A stretch of 62,809 nucleotides of DNA, the filler included, from Folioceros fuciformis (lineage: Eukaryota): the NCBI GenBank assembly GCA_049999805.1. It is 8 parts of 8 records of this genome, joined end to end, with 100 filler letters (N's around TTAATTAATTAA, not from the genome) between each part and the next. Parts side by side here need not be neighbours in the genome. Positions count along the whole stretch, not along the records: positions 51,040 to 55,433 come from JBNGIO010001289.1; positions 55,534 to 62,809 come from JBNGIO010001290.1; 6 more parts are not named here. The stretch is one strand, 5' to 3'. A model generated the notes under the pieces. The model worked only from the letters and a program-made list of their open reading frames with translations, was not told the origin of the DNA and searched no databases. Below are positions 51,771 through 62,809 of this stretch, piece after piece. Made by a program: the position numbers and the translations under genes. How positions within the stretch are numbered: position 1 is the stretch's first letter; every line of letters begins with the position of its first letter.

Positions 51771-52550
51771 ATGTAGAAGACACGCTTCCGCATGTAGTCT
51801 TCCAATTTTGCTTCAAGTCTGGCGACAATATCTGAGGTTTTGCACAACACCAAGACCTGTATATTCCAGAGTCGATCCTCCAGGGCTAAATATGATTGGT
51901 CGTAGATGAGTTCCTCGTCGTCGTCAGTTTGATACACTCTTGTAATTCTTCGCAGGAATCGGCGATTTGCGTGATAGGAGCAAAGGCACGCGTTGAGCTC
52001 TGGGTGGACGTTAGGACCACGTAATTCAAGCTGTGGACGACGGCCTTGTGGAGCCGTGCATGGGCCAGATCTAGATGAGGTAGGCCGTGAAACTGTAGAA
52101 AGCCTGAGAATCTCAGCTTCTCCTACAGTTGGCACGCGATACCGATGCCTTGACCTGCGCGTCATATCTGATGCTCTCTCTGGACCGACATAGACTTTCT
52201 AGTACAGTCCAATTTCTATTATGCTAACCATGCTGTGCAGGTGCTGAAATAGGGAATTAAACATAGCTAGAAGTGCAATCTGGATGCACTCTAAATTGCG
52301 TTGAGAACCTTATTTCATCAGATGTACAGTATGTAGCATAGAGATTAGATTAGAATGAATCTAAAAGTAGAAAGCATCTTGGATCATAGAGCCTTAGGCT
52401 CTGATACCATGTGCATAAAACGAAAGCTTGCTCACAAACAAAAAGTTGTAAACAAAATGAATTAATTGAAAATACAAAAAATTTATGTGTTTAAATACTT
52501 ATCCGAAGTTACTGTTCGCTTAAACATAAGACTTATCAAATATATACTAG
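51755..52550 (-). mobile_element. 5' remnant of a minus-strand copia element: LTR end, PBS, leader with 136-aa ORF
   Basis: Reverse-complement PBS GCTCTGATACCA at 52398-52409, adjacent to an AT-rich segment ending ...TGCACA on the minus strand. No gag is visible downstream. Confidence 0.6.
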
Positions 52551-52926
52551 TTAATCTGTGTTAGGGTAAATGACCCTTAACACGGAGCGCCGCAGCAAGC
52601 GCGAGCGGAAGGCGCCAGACCGCGGGGGCGCCGCCACGGGCATAGCAGGCTCGGATGCCGTGGGTGCCATCGGCACCAATCGTGAACGTGGGTGTCGTGC
52701 GCAATAGGTTAGGACGTGGGCGTGGGCGAACTCAGTTGGGAGCGACCGAATTCCGGCCGCAAATGGTAGAGTTAATCTTGCAACGCTAAGAGGGCCAGAA
52801 TCGGACTTGGGCCCATCGTGTCGGCCTAAATTGTGGACAGTCGTGAGGGTAACTTTCAGATTGTATATTACATCTTTGATCATTTTCTAACTAGCCTTTT
52901 TACTTGATTTGTATCGATTTTGAAAT

Positions 52927-55433
52927 ATGGCGTCCTCAGAAAACGTCATGTTCAACATAGAGAAGTTAGATGGTACTAACTTCCCGTTCTGGAAAGAACA
53001 AATCTACAATGTTCTAGTGCAGAAGAAGCAGATCAAGCCGATAAAGTTGCTAGGAGTGAAACCCATTAGCATGACTCAGGATGAGTGGCAGGATTTAGAT
53101 GAGCTTGCTAGGTCTACCATCATGCTAACATTGTTGAAGTCAGTCTACTTCAACGTGAAAGACAAGACCACAAGTTACGAGCTATGGCAGAAGTTGTGTG
53201 ACCTGTATGAGAAGCAAAGTGCGGCTTCTCAGGTGTACTGGTTGAAACAGCTGGTGGACTTGAAGATGAAGGAAGGGACGAGGATGTCCTATCATCTAAA
53301 TGAGTTCAATGCCATTTTCAGCCAGCTCTCAGCTCAAGGTATCTCGTTCCCACATTCCGTGAGAGCTATGTTTCTGTTGGTCACATTACCAGAGAGCTGG
53401 GACACCTTTCGTACCGCTCTGAGTAATTCCGCTCCTGCCAGTGGTCTTACCGTTGTAAATGTAGAAGGTAGCCTATTAACAGAGGAGGTGAACAGGAAGA
53501 ACATGGAACAGGTTCCAATGCTCTCACGGTGAGAGGAAGGTCCACTTCAAAGGGGAAGTACAAGGAGCGAAGTCTTTCCCGTAGTAAGTCTCGTAGTCGT
53601 AACAATGTTGAATGTTATCATTGTCACAAGAAGGGTCATATTAGAAGGGACTGCGAGAAGTTCAAGAAGGACAAAGAAAAGGAAAAGAAGCAGAGCGACA
53701 ACAAGGCGAGCTCAAGTACCAAGCCTAACGAGGTGAATTATGTTGACGATGGAGATGTTCTTATCTCTTCTTCCTTTGATTCCGCACAATTGATAGCCGT
53801 GGATAGTCATTTATTCTCTAATTGGATAATTGACTATGGAGCATCTTTCCATGTTACTCCGCATAGGCAGTGGTTTAGCACTTATGATGCTACTAGGAAA
53901 GGATGTGTTCGGCTTGGAAATAACTACGCGTGCGAGATTGCAGGCGTTGGTGATGTGCAGCTGAAGTTCCACAATGGATCTTCATTACCATTGAAGGATG
54001 TTAGGCATGTTCCGAAGTTGACAAAAAGCATGATTAGCGCAGGGCAGTTGGATGACGCTGGCTACCACTATTGGTTTGGAGATAATTCTTGGAAGGTCTC
54101 CAAAGGTTCTCTTGTGTTAGCTCATGGATCGAAGTGTGGCACTTTGTACTCACTTCAGGTAACCACTATTAAGAATCATGTGATTTGTGTAACGGAACAG
54201 CCAAGTGTTTCCTTATGGCATAGTCGGTTATGACATATGTCTCAAAAAGGAATGAAGATCTTATCTCGTTTTGGTTATGTCCCTGCTTTTGACTTCTCCA
54301 ATTTCTCCGTGTGTGAGCACTATTTGTATGGGAAACAGACGAAGTCACCACATGGAGCAAGAGGTAAACACAAAAGTAAACCTCTTGAGTTGGTTCACAG
54401 TGACGTTTGTAGACCTATGCCCATTGTATCGTTAAGCGGTGCATCTTATTTTGTCACTTTCATTGATGACTTCTCATGCAAGGTGTGGGTTTATCCTTTG
54501 AGGAAAAAGGATGATGTTCTACCAGTGTTTCAGAAATTCGTCACCCTTGTGGAGAATCAGTCTGGCCTCTGGTCTCTGACTGAAGTGTCTAAGGACAGAC
54601 AATGGGGGAGAGTATGTCTCGAAGGCTTTCTAGTCATTTTGTGATTCTAAGGGAATCAAGAGAGAATTGACTGCGCCATATACTCCTCCCCAAAATGGTG
54701 TGGCTGAACGGATGAACAGGACCATCCAGGAGAGGATGCGTAGTTTGTTGTCAAACTCTAGATTGCCTAACGGATTTTGGGCAGAAGCAGTAGTTACGGC
54801 AGTGCATCTTATTAACAGATCTCCTAATAGGGCTGTGAATAAACAGGTTCCAGAGGAGATGTGGTCTGGCAAGAAGCCGTCATACAAGCATCTACGAGTG
54901 TTTGGCTACGAGGCATACTACCATGTTCCGAAAGAGTTTCGGCACAAGTTGGCACCCAAGTCCAAGAGATGTATTTTTCTTGACTATGGTGAATCTAGTG
55001 AGATGGGATATCGTCTATGGGATGCAGAAGCCAAGAGGATGGTTTGCATCAATGACGTGTTCTTCAAATGAGACCAAGATGCACAAGAAGCCTTCTCCAA
55101 CTATGGAGGTGCGACGAGTGGTGTTTCAAGAAGATGAATTTGACCGTCCCGTGCAAGTTGAACGTCGTGATGTGTAGGAACAAGTTCCTCCACTTGTACA
55201 AGAGGAGAGAGGGCAACCAGCTCCGGTCGAGTCACTAGTGCTTCGTAAGTCTGGAAGGATCTCACGTCCTCCTAACAGGTATGTTGCATCTCTTGATTAT
55301 GTCATGCTGACGGATTGTGGGGAGCCCTCTTATTACCAAGAGGCCATGTCAGTGACTAACAAGGACAAGTGGGAGAAGGCGATGCAGTCACAGATGGATT
55401 CGCTCCACAAGAACCAAACTTGGGAGTTGGTTC
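52927..55433 (+). mobile_element. Tnt1-like Ty1/copia gag-pol, degenerate, running into the gap
   Basis: IEKLDGTNFPFWK gag, CYHCHKKGHIRRDC, WIIDYGASFH, VHSDVC, FIDDFS, PYTPPQNGVAERMNRT, EPSYYQEAM..NQTWELV. Stops and frameshifts present. Confidence 0.93.
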
Positions 55434-57183
55434 NNNNNNNNNNNNNNNNNNNNNNNNNNNNNNNNNNNNNNNNNNNNTTAATTAATTAANNNNNNNNNNN
55501 NNNNNNNNNNNNNNNNNNNNNNNNNNNNNNNNNAGGTCTACCTGTGCGAAAGGATCCCTTGTGCACTACTCCTTGATCCACGTGTTTCAACGCAGGATCA
55601 TCCGTCACGGGGGAGATTTGAGTGCCAAGTTTTTGCTTCTTTGCTGGCGAGCTTGTTATGGTGACGTAAATTTCCTCTGGGCCCTGATTGCTATGCTGCA
55701 ACTTCCACAATCCTGGGCAGCACGGGTAGGGATACAGCTTTCTGTGTGAGTGTAATGTAGCCATGCCGATACAAGGGAATCCGAAGAGTACATGTGTAGT
55801 TGGCGAAAAATAGTGGTAGGTAGCGGAGTTATAGATTGCTCAGTAGGCAGGACGGCAACACTGGCACTGCACTACAGAAAATTGATGGCTTGATGAACAG
55901 AGCTGGAAACCGCACACTGTGCAACGTTTTGGTAGCCAACCACTGACTGACATCGAGTTGGATTGAAGACTGCTAAACAGAAGCTTTGGGCTCGGCCACC
56001 GCCGGTAGCTGGATCAGTAACGCCTACCACATCGTGACGACCTACCTGCCGCATCTGATCCTGCCCTGGGACTCCTGAGAATTCTGAGAAGAACAAGAGT
56101 TTTGTTTCTGAGGCAACTGTAGTATCATACATGCCCAAGATTGTTGAGCCCATTTAGTGGAGCGATGTGGACGTGCTTCCTCGGCCACGAGCACTGCATT
56201 TTGGAACTGCCAAACCGGCTCTGATGTTACTTTTTAGAAAGGAAGCGTGCTGCAGGTGCGTCCTTGCGTCCCTGCAGATACATATTTGAAGAGTAGAAAG
56301 ACGAAACTGTCACAGGTAGACAAGCCTGGTGGATATGGTAGGTGGGCGGCCACCTGTCCGAGTGAAGCAGCAGGTGCCTGTGCGCGTCTTGAATTGATGC
56401 TGCTAATAGGAGACCAGGCAATCTTGTCCTTGCAGCTGTTAAGAAGGGCACCCTGCTGGCAGTGGACAGCAGAAGGCAATCCCTTGAAGGCCGGGATGGT
56501 GGCAAGAGTGAGTCAGTGCAGTCCTTTACCCCGTGCAGTCCCTTCAGGTGCTGAGAGGACTATCAGCACCTCCATGCTACGGATCCCAGGCTAGCTTTTT
56601 GCCTTCCACACTCGAGACGGGACTAGAGATGCAGACTCGCGGTGATCAACTACCGTGTGTAGGCACGCCCTCAACTTTGTGCAACAGTGAACATATACCA
56701 TCAAGGCTGTAGACTTCCTTTCTCGCCCGCGAGTGACGACCATTGAATCCCTGAGAAAACTTGTCCAGTCCGGATGTGCTGATGGTGAATTCACGCATAC
56801 TGACAGGTTCGTGTTCTGAAGCAATAGCTAAGGTGATGACTTGCTCAGGTGATCATGATAACTTCATCCCTCGGTGCCATCTGCAATCATGAATGCGTGC
56901 CAAGGGGACTGTCAGGCTTGGCTGGAAGGCACTCAAGGCACGTATACCGTCGACCGTAAGCGTGTCCTGATGGTTTCTGCTAGGCTGGAAAGTCTGCTTC
57001 ACCTTTGTTTTTGATGCACATACCGCCACAATTGCAGGGTCCAGGTCCAGCCATCCCCAGTCTTTCAACAGGACTCTCTCAAACTGACACCATGCATGGA
57101 CGTGATTCCTTGTGAACGCCATTCGGAGTGAAGCACCACATTTGCATCTATCGAAAGCAAGGCACACCATTAGGTCGAGAGTG

Positions 57184-59276
57184 ATGGGACTCCTGGTGGA
57201 GGCAATCTCAGCAGCTGCTAAATCACAAAACATCGGATACTGGATAGCAGCAGCGCTAGCTGCATTTATCCTATGCAGCAATGTCACCCAGTCCTGGTTG
57301 CAGAAGAAACGCAAGGGACCTATAGAGTGGCCCTTGGTAGGAGGTGCAGTTGAACAGTTCCTTAATTTCGGACGCATGCATGACTGGTTCCTATCCTACT
57401 TCGAGAAAGGTGCGAGCACATTCAAGGTCTCCCATTTCGGTCTCGACTACACATACACGGTGGATCCTGCGAATGTTGAGTACATTCTCAGGACAAATTT
57501 CAGTAACTTCCCTAAGGTACGTTCACTTTCGAAGTCCTTCTTGAGAAGACTGGCCTTCACGATCCATAATTTCAAAACAGTTCCTGGAAATGACCAGCGA
57601 ACCTGCATTTCCTTGCAGGGAAAGACGTTCCACGACAAGATGGAGGCTCTGCTTGGTGACGGTATCTTCAACTCGGACGGGGACATGTGGAAGAAGCAGA
57701 GAAAAACTGCGAGCTTCGAATTTGCGTCCCGCATTCTCCGAGACTTCAGCACTGTCACATTCCGAGAACACACTCTGAAGCTTGGGTTCATTCTCATCCG
57801 TTCTAACAGCTCAAAGCAGCCTGTTGACATGCAGGTGATGAAGGACACGCCAGTTGATCCAGGCTGCATCCGAATTTGCCCATAGTCTCCAAACTCAACT
57901 GCTTCCCTTTATTTTGTATGGCAGGACCTATTCATGCGCTTGACTCTGGACTCGATCTGCAAGGTTGGATTCGGAGTTGATTTAGGAAATCTGTCCCCGG
58001 AATTGCCAGAGGTTCCCTTTGCAACAGCCTTCGACAACGCTAACGTAGCAGTCACTGTGCGCTTCTTCGACCCCTTCTGGAAACTGAAACGCCTCCTCAA
58101 TCTCGGCTGGGAGCAGACTCTGAAGGAAAGTGTCCAAGCTGTGGATAACTTCACCTTCAAAGTTGTTCAAACAAGAAGATCTGAGATCCGAAATGCTAAA
58201 GATGCGGCCAAGGGGGAGGTGAGGCGCCCGGGAACCCCTGTCTACGTCGAGTGCTCTTGAACGTGAACCTTGTTGACAGTTTGTGTCGTGTTTTGGCACG
58301 CAGAAAGTTGATCTTCTGTCACGATTCATCATGCTTGGAGACGATGCTGAGAATAATTTCTCCGACAAGACTCTCCGAGATATGATACTGAATTTCGTCA
58401 TCGCAGGACGGGATACAACCGCAGCGACACTCTCGTGGCTTGTATACAGACTCACTCTTAATCCCGAGGTTGCGGATAAGCTCTTTGAGGAGCTACACAA
58501 CTTCGAAAAGGGCAAGCTTGCTGCATCAGGCTTGGAGGCACCAGGAGACACGGCTGACCTGGATGATGATGCCTTTTTCCAGCAAATCACAGGATTTGCC
58601 AAACTCCTGACATACGAAGACCTTTCAAAGCTGCACTACCTGCACGCCACTGTGACGGAAGCTGTGAGGCTTTACCCGGCCGTGCCTCAGGTAGCCATGT
58701 AACGCGAGGATGCTTTCTTGCATGAAGAAACGTCGGAGCATCCACCAGGTTTTGACGAATTCGTGACAAGTTTGTGACCTCGTTGATGTGTTCAGGATCC
58801 GAAGGGAATTTTACAAGATGATGTTCTCCCTGACGGAACCTTCCTCAAGAAGGGGGGCCTAGTGGCATACGTGCCCTACTCCATGGCTCGGCTGGAGTCC
58901 CTTTGGGGCCCTGATGCTCGGGAGTTCCGACCTGAACGCTGGCTGACCAAGGACGGCACCTTCCAGCCGGCATCACCTTTCAAGTTCACTTCGTTTCAGG
59001 TATGCTGTCTCTGTAGCCGTCTTCCCATCTCATTATAGCTTTCACAGTTCTACGGCAGGACGCAGTGTAACCGAGCATTGCCTTTTGCAAATGCAGGCAG
59101 GACCACGGATCTGTTTGGGGAAAGACTCTGCTTACTTGCAAATGAAGATAGTGAGCGCCGTTTTGTGCCGCTTCTTCAGGTTCCAGGTAGTGCCAGGCCA
59201 TCCAGTCCAATATCGGATGATGGCCATCTTGAGTATGTCTCATGGATTGAGAGTGAACGTTTTCCGAAGGAACTAG
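57184..59276 (+). CDS. CYP704B: Cytochrome P450, CYP86 clan, CYP704B-like (fatty-acid omega-hydroxylase, sporopollenin pathway in characterised homologues)
   Basis: Exons 57184-57516, 57619-57834, 57925-58218, 58304-58690, 58796-58999, 59097-59276. Motifs DPANVEYILRTNFSNFPKG, WKKQRKTASFEFAS, NFVIAGRDTT, EAVRLYP, PERW and heme FQAGPRICLG. Confidence 0.92.
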
Positions 59277-60022
59277 TCGGCCGCCAACGTCAACACATGC
59301 AAACACGAGTTGCCTTCTGGAAGCAGCACATGAGCGAGCCCAAGAATAACTTCATGCAGAGTTTATTATTTAAGCGAATTAAATTATATTGATTAAAGTC
59401 AGATTCCTAAGTTGATATAGAGGCTATGTGCCTAAGGTATCTTTTTCAACATCATGGTCGCTTGATTAATGGGAAGGTAACATTTAAGCGACTCTTATCG
59501 TATTTGCTTAGTTTGAAATAAGGAATACAAGTTATTATTATTTTTATGATTATTTTAAAATACCTTAAATACTTTATTATTATGCTGGATTCGTATTACT
59601 TTGTATCTACCTTCTGGCCTTAGTGTCTTAGGTAGATGGATTTTCTATCTTATATGTCTCAAGTAAATAAAAATCAATAGTTTCCTTTGAAAACTCTAGT
59701 TGGCATGGGTTTGGATGGTAGGAGGTATCAAATTTAATATTATATATATTTAAAAAAAGATAATATACAATCTTTCTCTAAAACAGAAGATTGAAAATCC
59801 ATTGACCCCAAGATTTGGGAACTATTAGGGATGGCGATAGCTCATAACTCCAATCTACACCAAGCCCCAAAATTATGAAGGGCTCTTCTTAGAATAGATA
59901 ATTTTGGGAAGTTGTGAAATTTTGGGTGACACTTTACATGAGTGGCGGCAATGGAATGGAGCGGCAGATAGAGGCCTGAACCACTCCTCATCAAAGAACC
60001 CTGAGGTGATTTAAGCGACCGG

Positions 60023-62809
60023 TTGGCAGGAGGGCAGGTGTTTAGTGATTCAGGCCGCGGGCCAACAGGGGTGCTCAAGATCACCCCTTCCTCATCGCCG
60101 GAGGCAGCCCCAGGCAACATTCAGCTGCTTGGGTCACGTCTCGCACAAACGCAGCGATCAGGTGCAGGGGCCAAGGGGCTGGAACTCTCGGGGAGACCTA
60201 ATGAGGTTCCGAGCCGGAAGAACCATAAAGATGCAGAGCGAGGAGGGAAAAGAAGCTCGGTGAATCACTGCTGCGCAGTTTGCAGGACAGATCTCCCTCC
60301 GTTTGTAACAACCCGGTGGCCGATGGCGTCCCGTGCCTTGAGGAGGTGTCTAGAGATCATGTAAGCTGCTCTTCAGGGAGGCCAGGGGAACATGCACGGC
60401 TGGACAGGACGATCTCTAAGGCTGGAGGCGGTGACAAGGAAGGCAAGGAGCAGAGGTTCTCTCAACAGGAAGACGAGCAGGGGGCCTTGGGAGTACATCG
60501 CATCGGGTGGAACAGCGGGTGCCTGACCCCACACAGAAGGATTCACTTTCTGTACGGGTTTCGGTCCACCGCCTCTCTGGTGAAGCAGCTAACATGCTGC
60601 TGGTTGGCGCACCTGGAGGTGCTTCACACACCCCTTCAGGGAGTAGACTCCATAAGGAAAGAAGCGACGGCGGGATTCCTGAATCCAGGGGCAGCAGAAG
60701 GAGTGATGTGCAACGGGGTGGCGTGGCAGATGGTGTAGTGCCATCCTCGAGTCGGCACCAAACCCCGCTCTTGGAGCAGAAGGATTCCCATAGGCCTGCT
60801 AGGGAAGGAACGCTCCCGGGCGGCAGAAGTACTGGGCTGCCCAGTGGCTTCGGCGAGTTTAGGCAGCCTTTGGGATGCGATCCCATTGGCAAACGTGCTG
60901 AGGACCCATAGGATGTGCCCCAGCGGGATTCTCAATGGTATTTGTCCCGACATAATGAGAAACTCGGTGCCAGGGCGCCTGCTCCAAGCCAATCGGAGTG
61001 CAAGGCGGGCAAGCGGCTGGGTGGAACTCCTGGGGTGCATTGGGACATTCTTCCACGAGATGGAATCAGGAGGGAAGGAGGCTGCGAGGAAATTCCAGGC
61101 ACCGGGGGCATCAAGGCGAATTCTGCAACGCGGACTCTTGGCAAATTATGCAGCGTCATCTCTCGGGCGGCATCCGACCTTGGCCGCGGAGCCGGAAGGG
61201 CTCTCTACGTCCATGGAGGGAGGAACGCAAAAGAGCGCTGGAAGCAACCAGCTGACCCGGGACGACGGTGTGTCTAGGCAGGTTCTGGGCTTTGCAAACG
61301 ATGGTAAGCTTGCCGGGATACCACAGGAAGGGAGTCAGGTGTTTGCTCAGAGGTCTTCGGCCAGGCACAGTGAGGGCGCCAGCGATTTCATGTCTGCTCC
61401 AGGCCAAGCTGGTAGCGAGTCACGCAAGGTTTGTACTGACGCAAATATCGTGGTAGAGTGCGGGATCTTGGAAGCAGCTGGTTCAGGAAGGCCAGGGGAG
61501 CACGCATGCCTTCTCAGGAAAAATTCTAAGGCTGAAGGCAATGCTAGTCCCCTGGCTGCCCATACAACCTCGGGATGCAAGGAGGCAAGGCCTCCTCAAC
61601 AGAAAGGCGAGCAGGAGGATCTCGAAAGGGTAACACCTTGGGTGGAGTCGTGGGAGCAGGATTCCATGTCGGACGAGCTCTTAGCTGTGCGGGGTGCGGC
61701 CTTCCGCCTCCACAGTGAAGCTAAGGACAAGCTACAGGGAGGAGCCCCTGGAGGTATTGCCCACACCCCTTCTCAGTGCGGAATCCACAGGGAAGGAAGG
61801 AATATTTGTTTTCCAAAGTCAGGGGGCAGCAGTAGGCGAGAAGCGCAGCATGGCTTGTCCACAGACGATGAAGTATCACAATCGAGTCGGCACCAAGTCT
61901 CGAGCTTGAAGCAGGAAGGGTCCTGTACGCCAACTGGGGGAGAAGCTCTCATGGGCGGCGGTGGCACCTTGCTGCCCCCGGAAGGCAGTGAGTCTATGCA
62001 AGGTTTGTGTTTTGAGTCCATTGGTAAGCGAACAGAGGAACCACGAGACGCGAGCCAACTGGCGGCTCAGAGAGCTTCGCCTCGACACTGTGAGGGAAGC
62101 GGTTCCGGTGCGTAGGCTCCAGGCCAAACGGGAATCCATTGGGGCAAGGTTGGCACCGACTCACTGGCGGTGGCAGAGTCTAAGAACATGGAGGAAGGGC
62201 GAACCGTTTTCCCCAGTTTGGATCCCGGACCTGAGAAGATGGAGATGACGTCCGGGGCCAGTTCAAGGGGTGACAAAGAGAACACCTCAATATTTGTTGG
62301 TCAGTAACCTGGGTGGTGGTCTGGTAATCAGTTTAGTGTTGGAGGGCAGCAGTGTGATGGGCAGGCTGGAGCGCTGCCGGACTGTCAAGACCCAAGCAGC
62401 CTGAAGGGCGAGGCCCCTGGGTATGCTCGAGACATGAAGGCAACTATCTCGCTCCTGCAGGGACGCCTTGTGCAGGGTGTGAACAATCAAGTTGCTAGCG
62501 ACAACGCAGGAATCGTTGACCGGAACAGAGAGTGTGATTTGGGGATTAGCTTGGTCCCGAACGGAGTAAGGGATGAGGAAATTCCTTTCATACCTTGTGG
62601 GGAGCAGGCACGAGGAGCACACGACGGAGGGGAATTAGCCCTGGGTGTAGGGCAGAGCGTGGACGGTCAAGCTCTGGACTCCACTTCTCAGCTACAACAT
62701 CTCAGGCTGGAGGCGGGTCATGAGGGAACGTGCACCAAGTTTCAGTTGGCACCAAGAGGAACGACCTCAAGAGCCCAGGAACCCGGGAAGGAAGGAGATG
62801 GTCAGGAAG
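60023..62809 (+). other. Unidentified G/S/E-rich degenerate coding-like region with a diverged internal duplication
   Basis: Consecutive frameshifted ORFs (60023, 60280, 60507, 60844-62115). The 60280-60910 block is repeated at ~61410-62045. No recognisable domain. Confidence 0.4.

Noticed and set aside
55534-56850. Short ORFs upstream of CYP704B
   Set aside because: No recognisable motif or consistent exon chain in any frame I translated.

Overview
Eukaryotic land-plant nuclear DNA from a gapped scaffold. The N-runs carry an artificial TTAATTAATTAA spacer. Short (~80-150 bp) GT-AG introns and dense genes suggest a compact, possibly non-seed plant genome, which is inference only. Host genes recognised: UBP1-like triple-RRM protein (+), cytosolic alkaline/neutral invertase with an intron-free CDS (-), POWERDRESS-like double-SANT protein (-), GW2/DA2-like RING E3 ligase (+), NCL-type EF-hand Na+/Ca2+ exchanger (-), WEB1/DUF827 coiled-coil protein (-) and CYP704B-like P450 (+). 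Two islands of decayed Ty1/copia retrotransposons lie at ~13.2-32 kb and ~51-55.4 kb. Most notable: (1) a ~6.0 kb inversion (19483-25489), bounded by inverted AAGAAT microhomology, that swapped the 5' ends of two copia elements; it is supported by a restored 5-bp TSD and creates in-frame chimeric ORFs. (2) A cytosine-5 DNA methyltransferase motif IX/X fragment inside the TE island, a candidate transposon-borne DNMT. (3) Several copia elements with a non-gag ORF right after the PBS, and LTRs ending in TA rather than CA.
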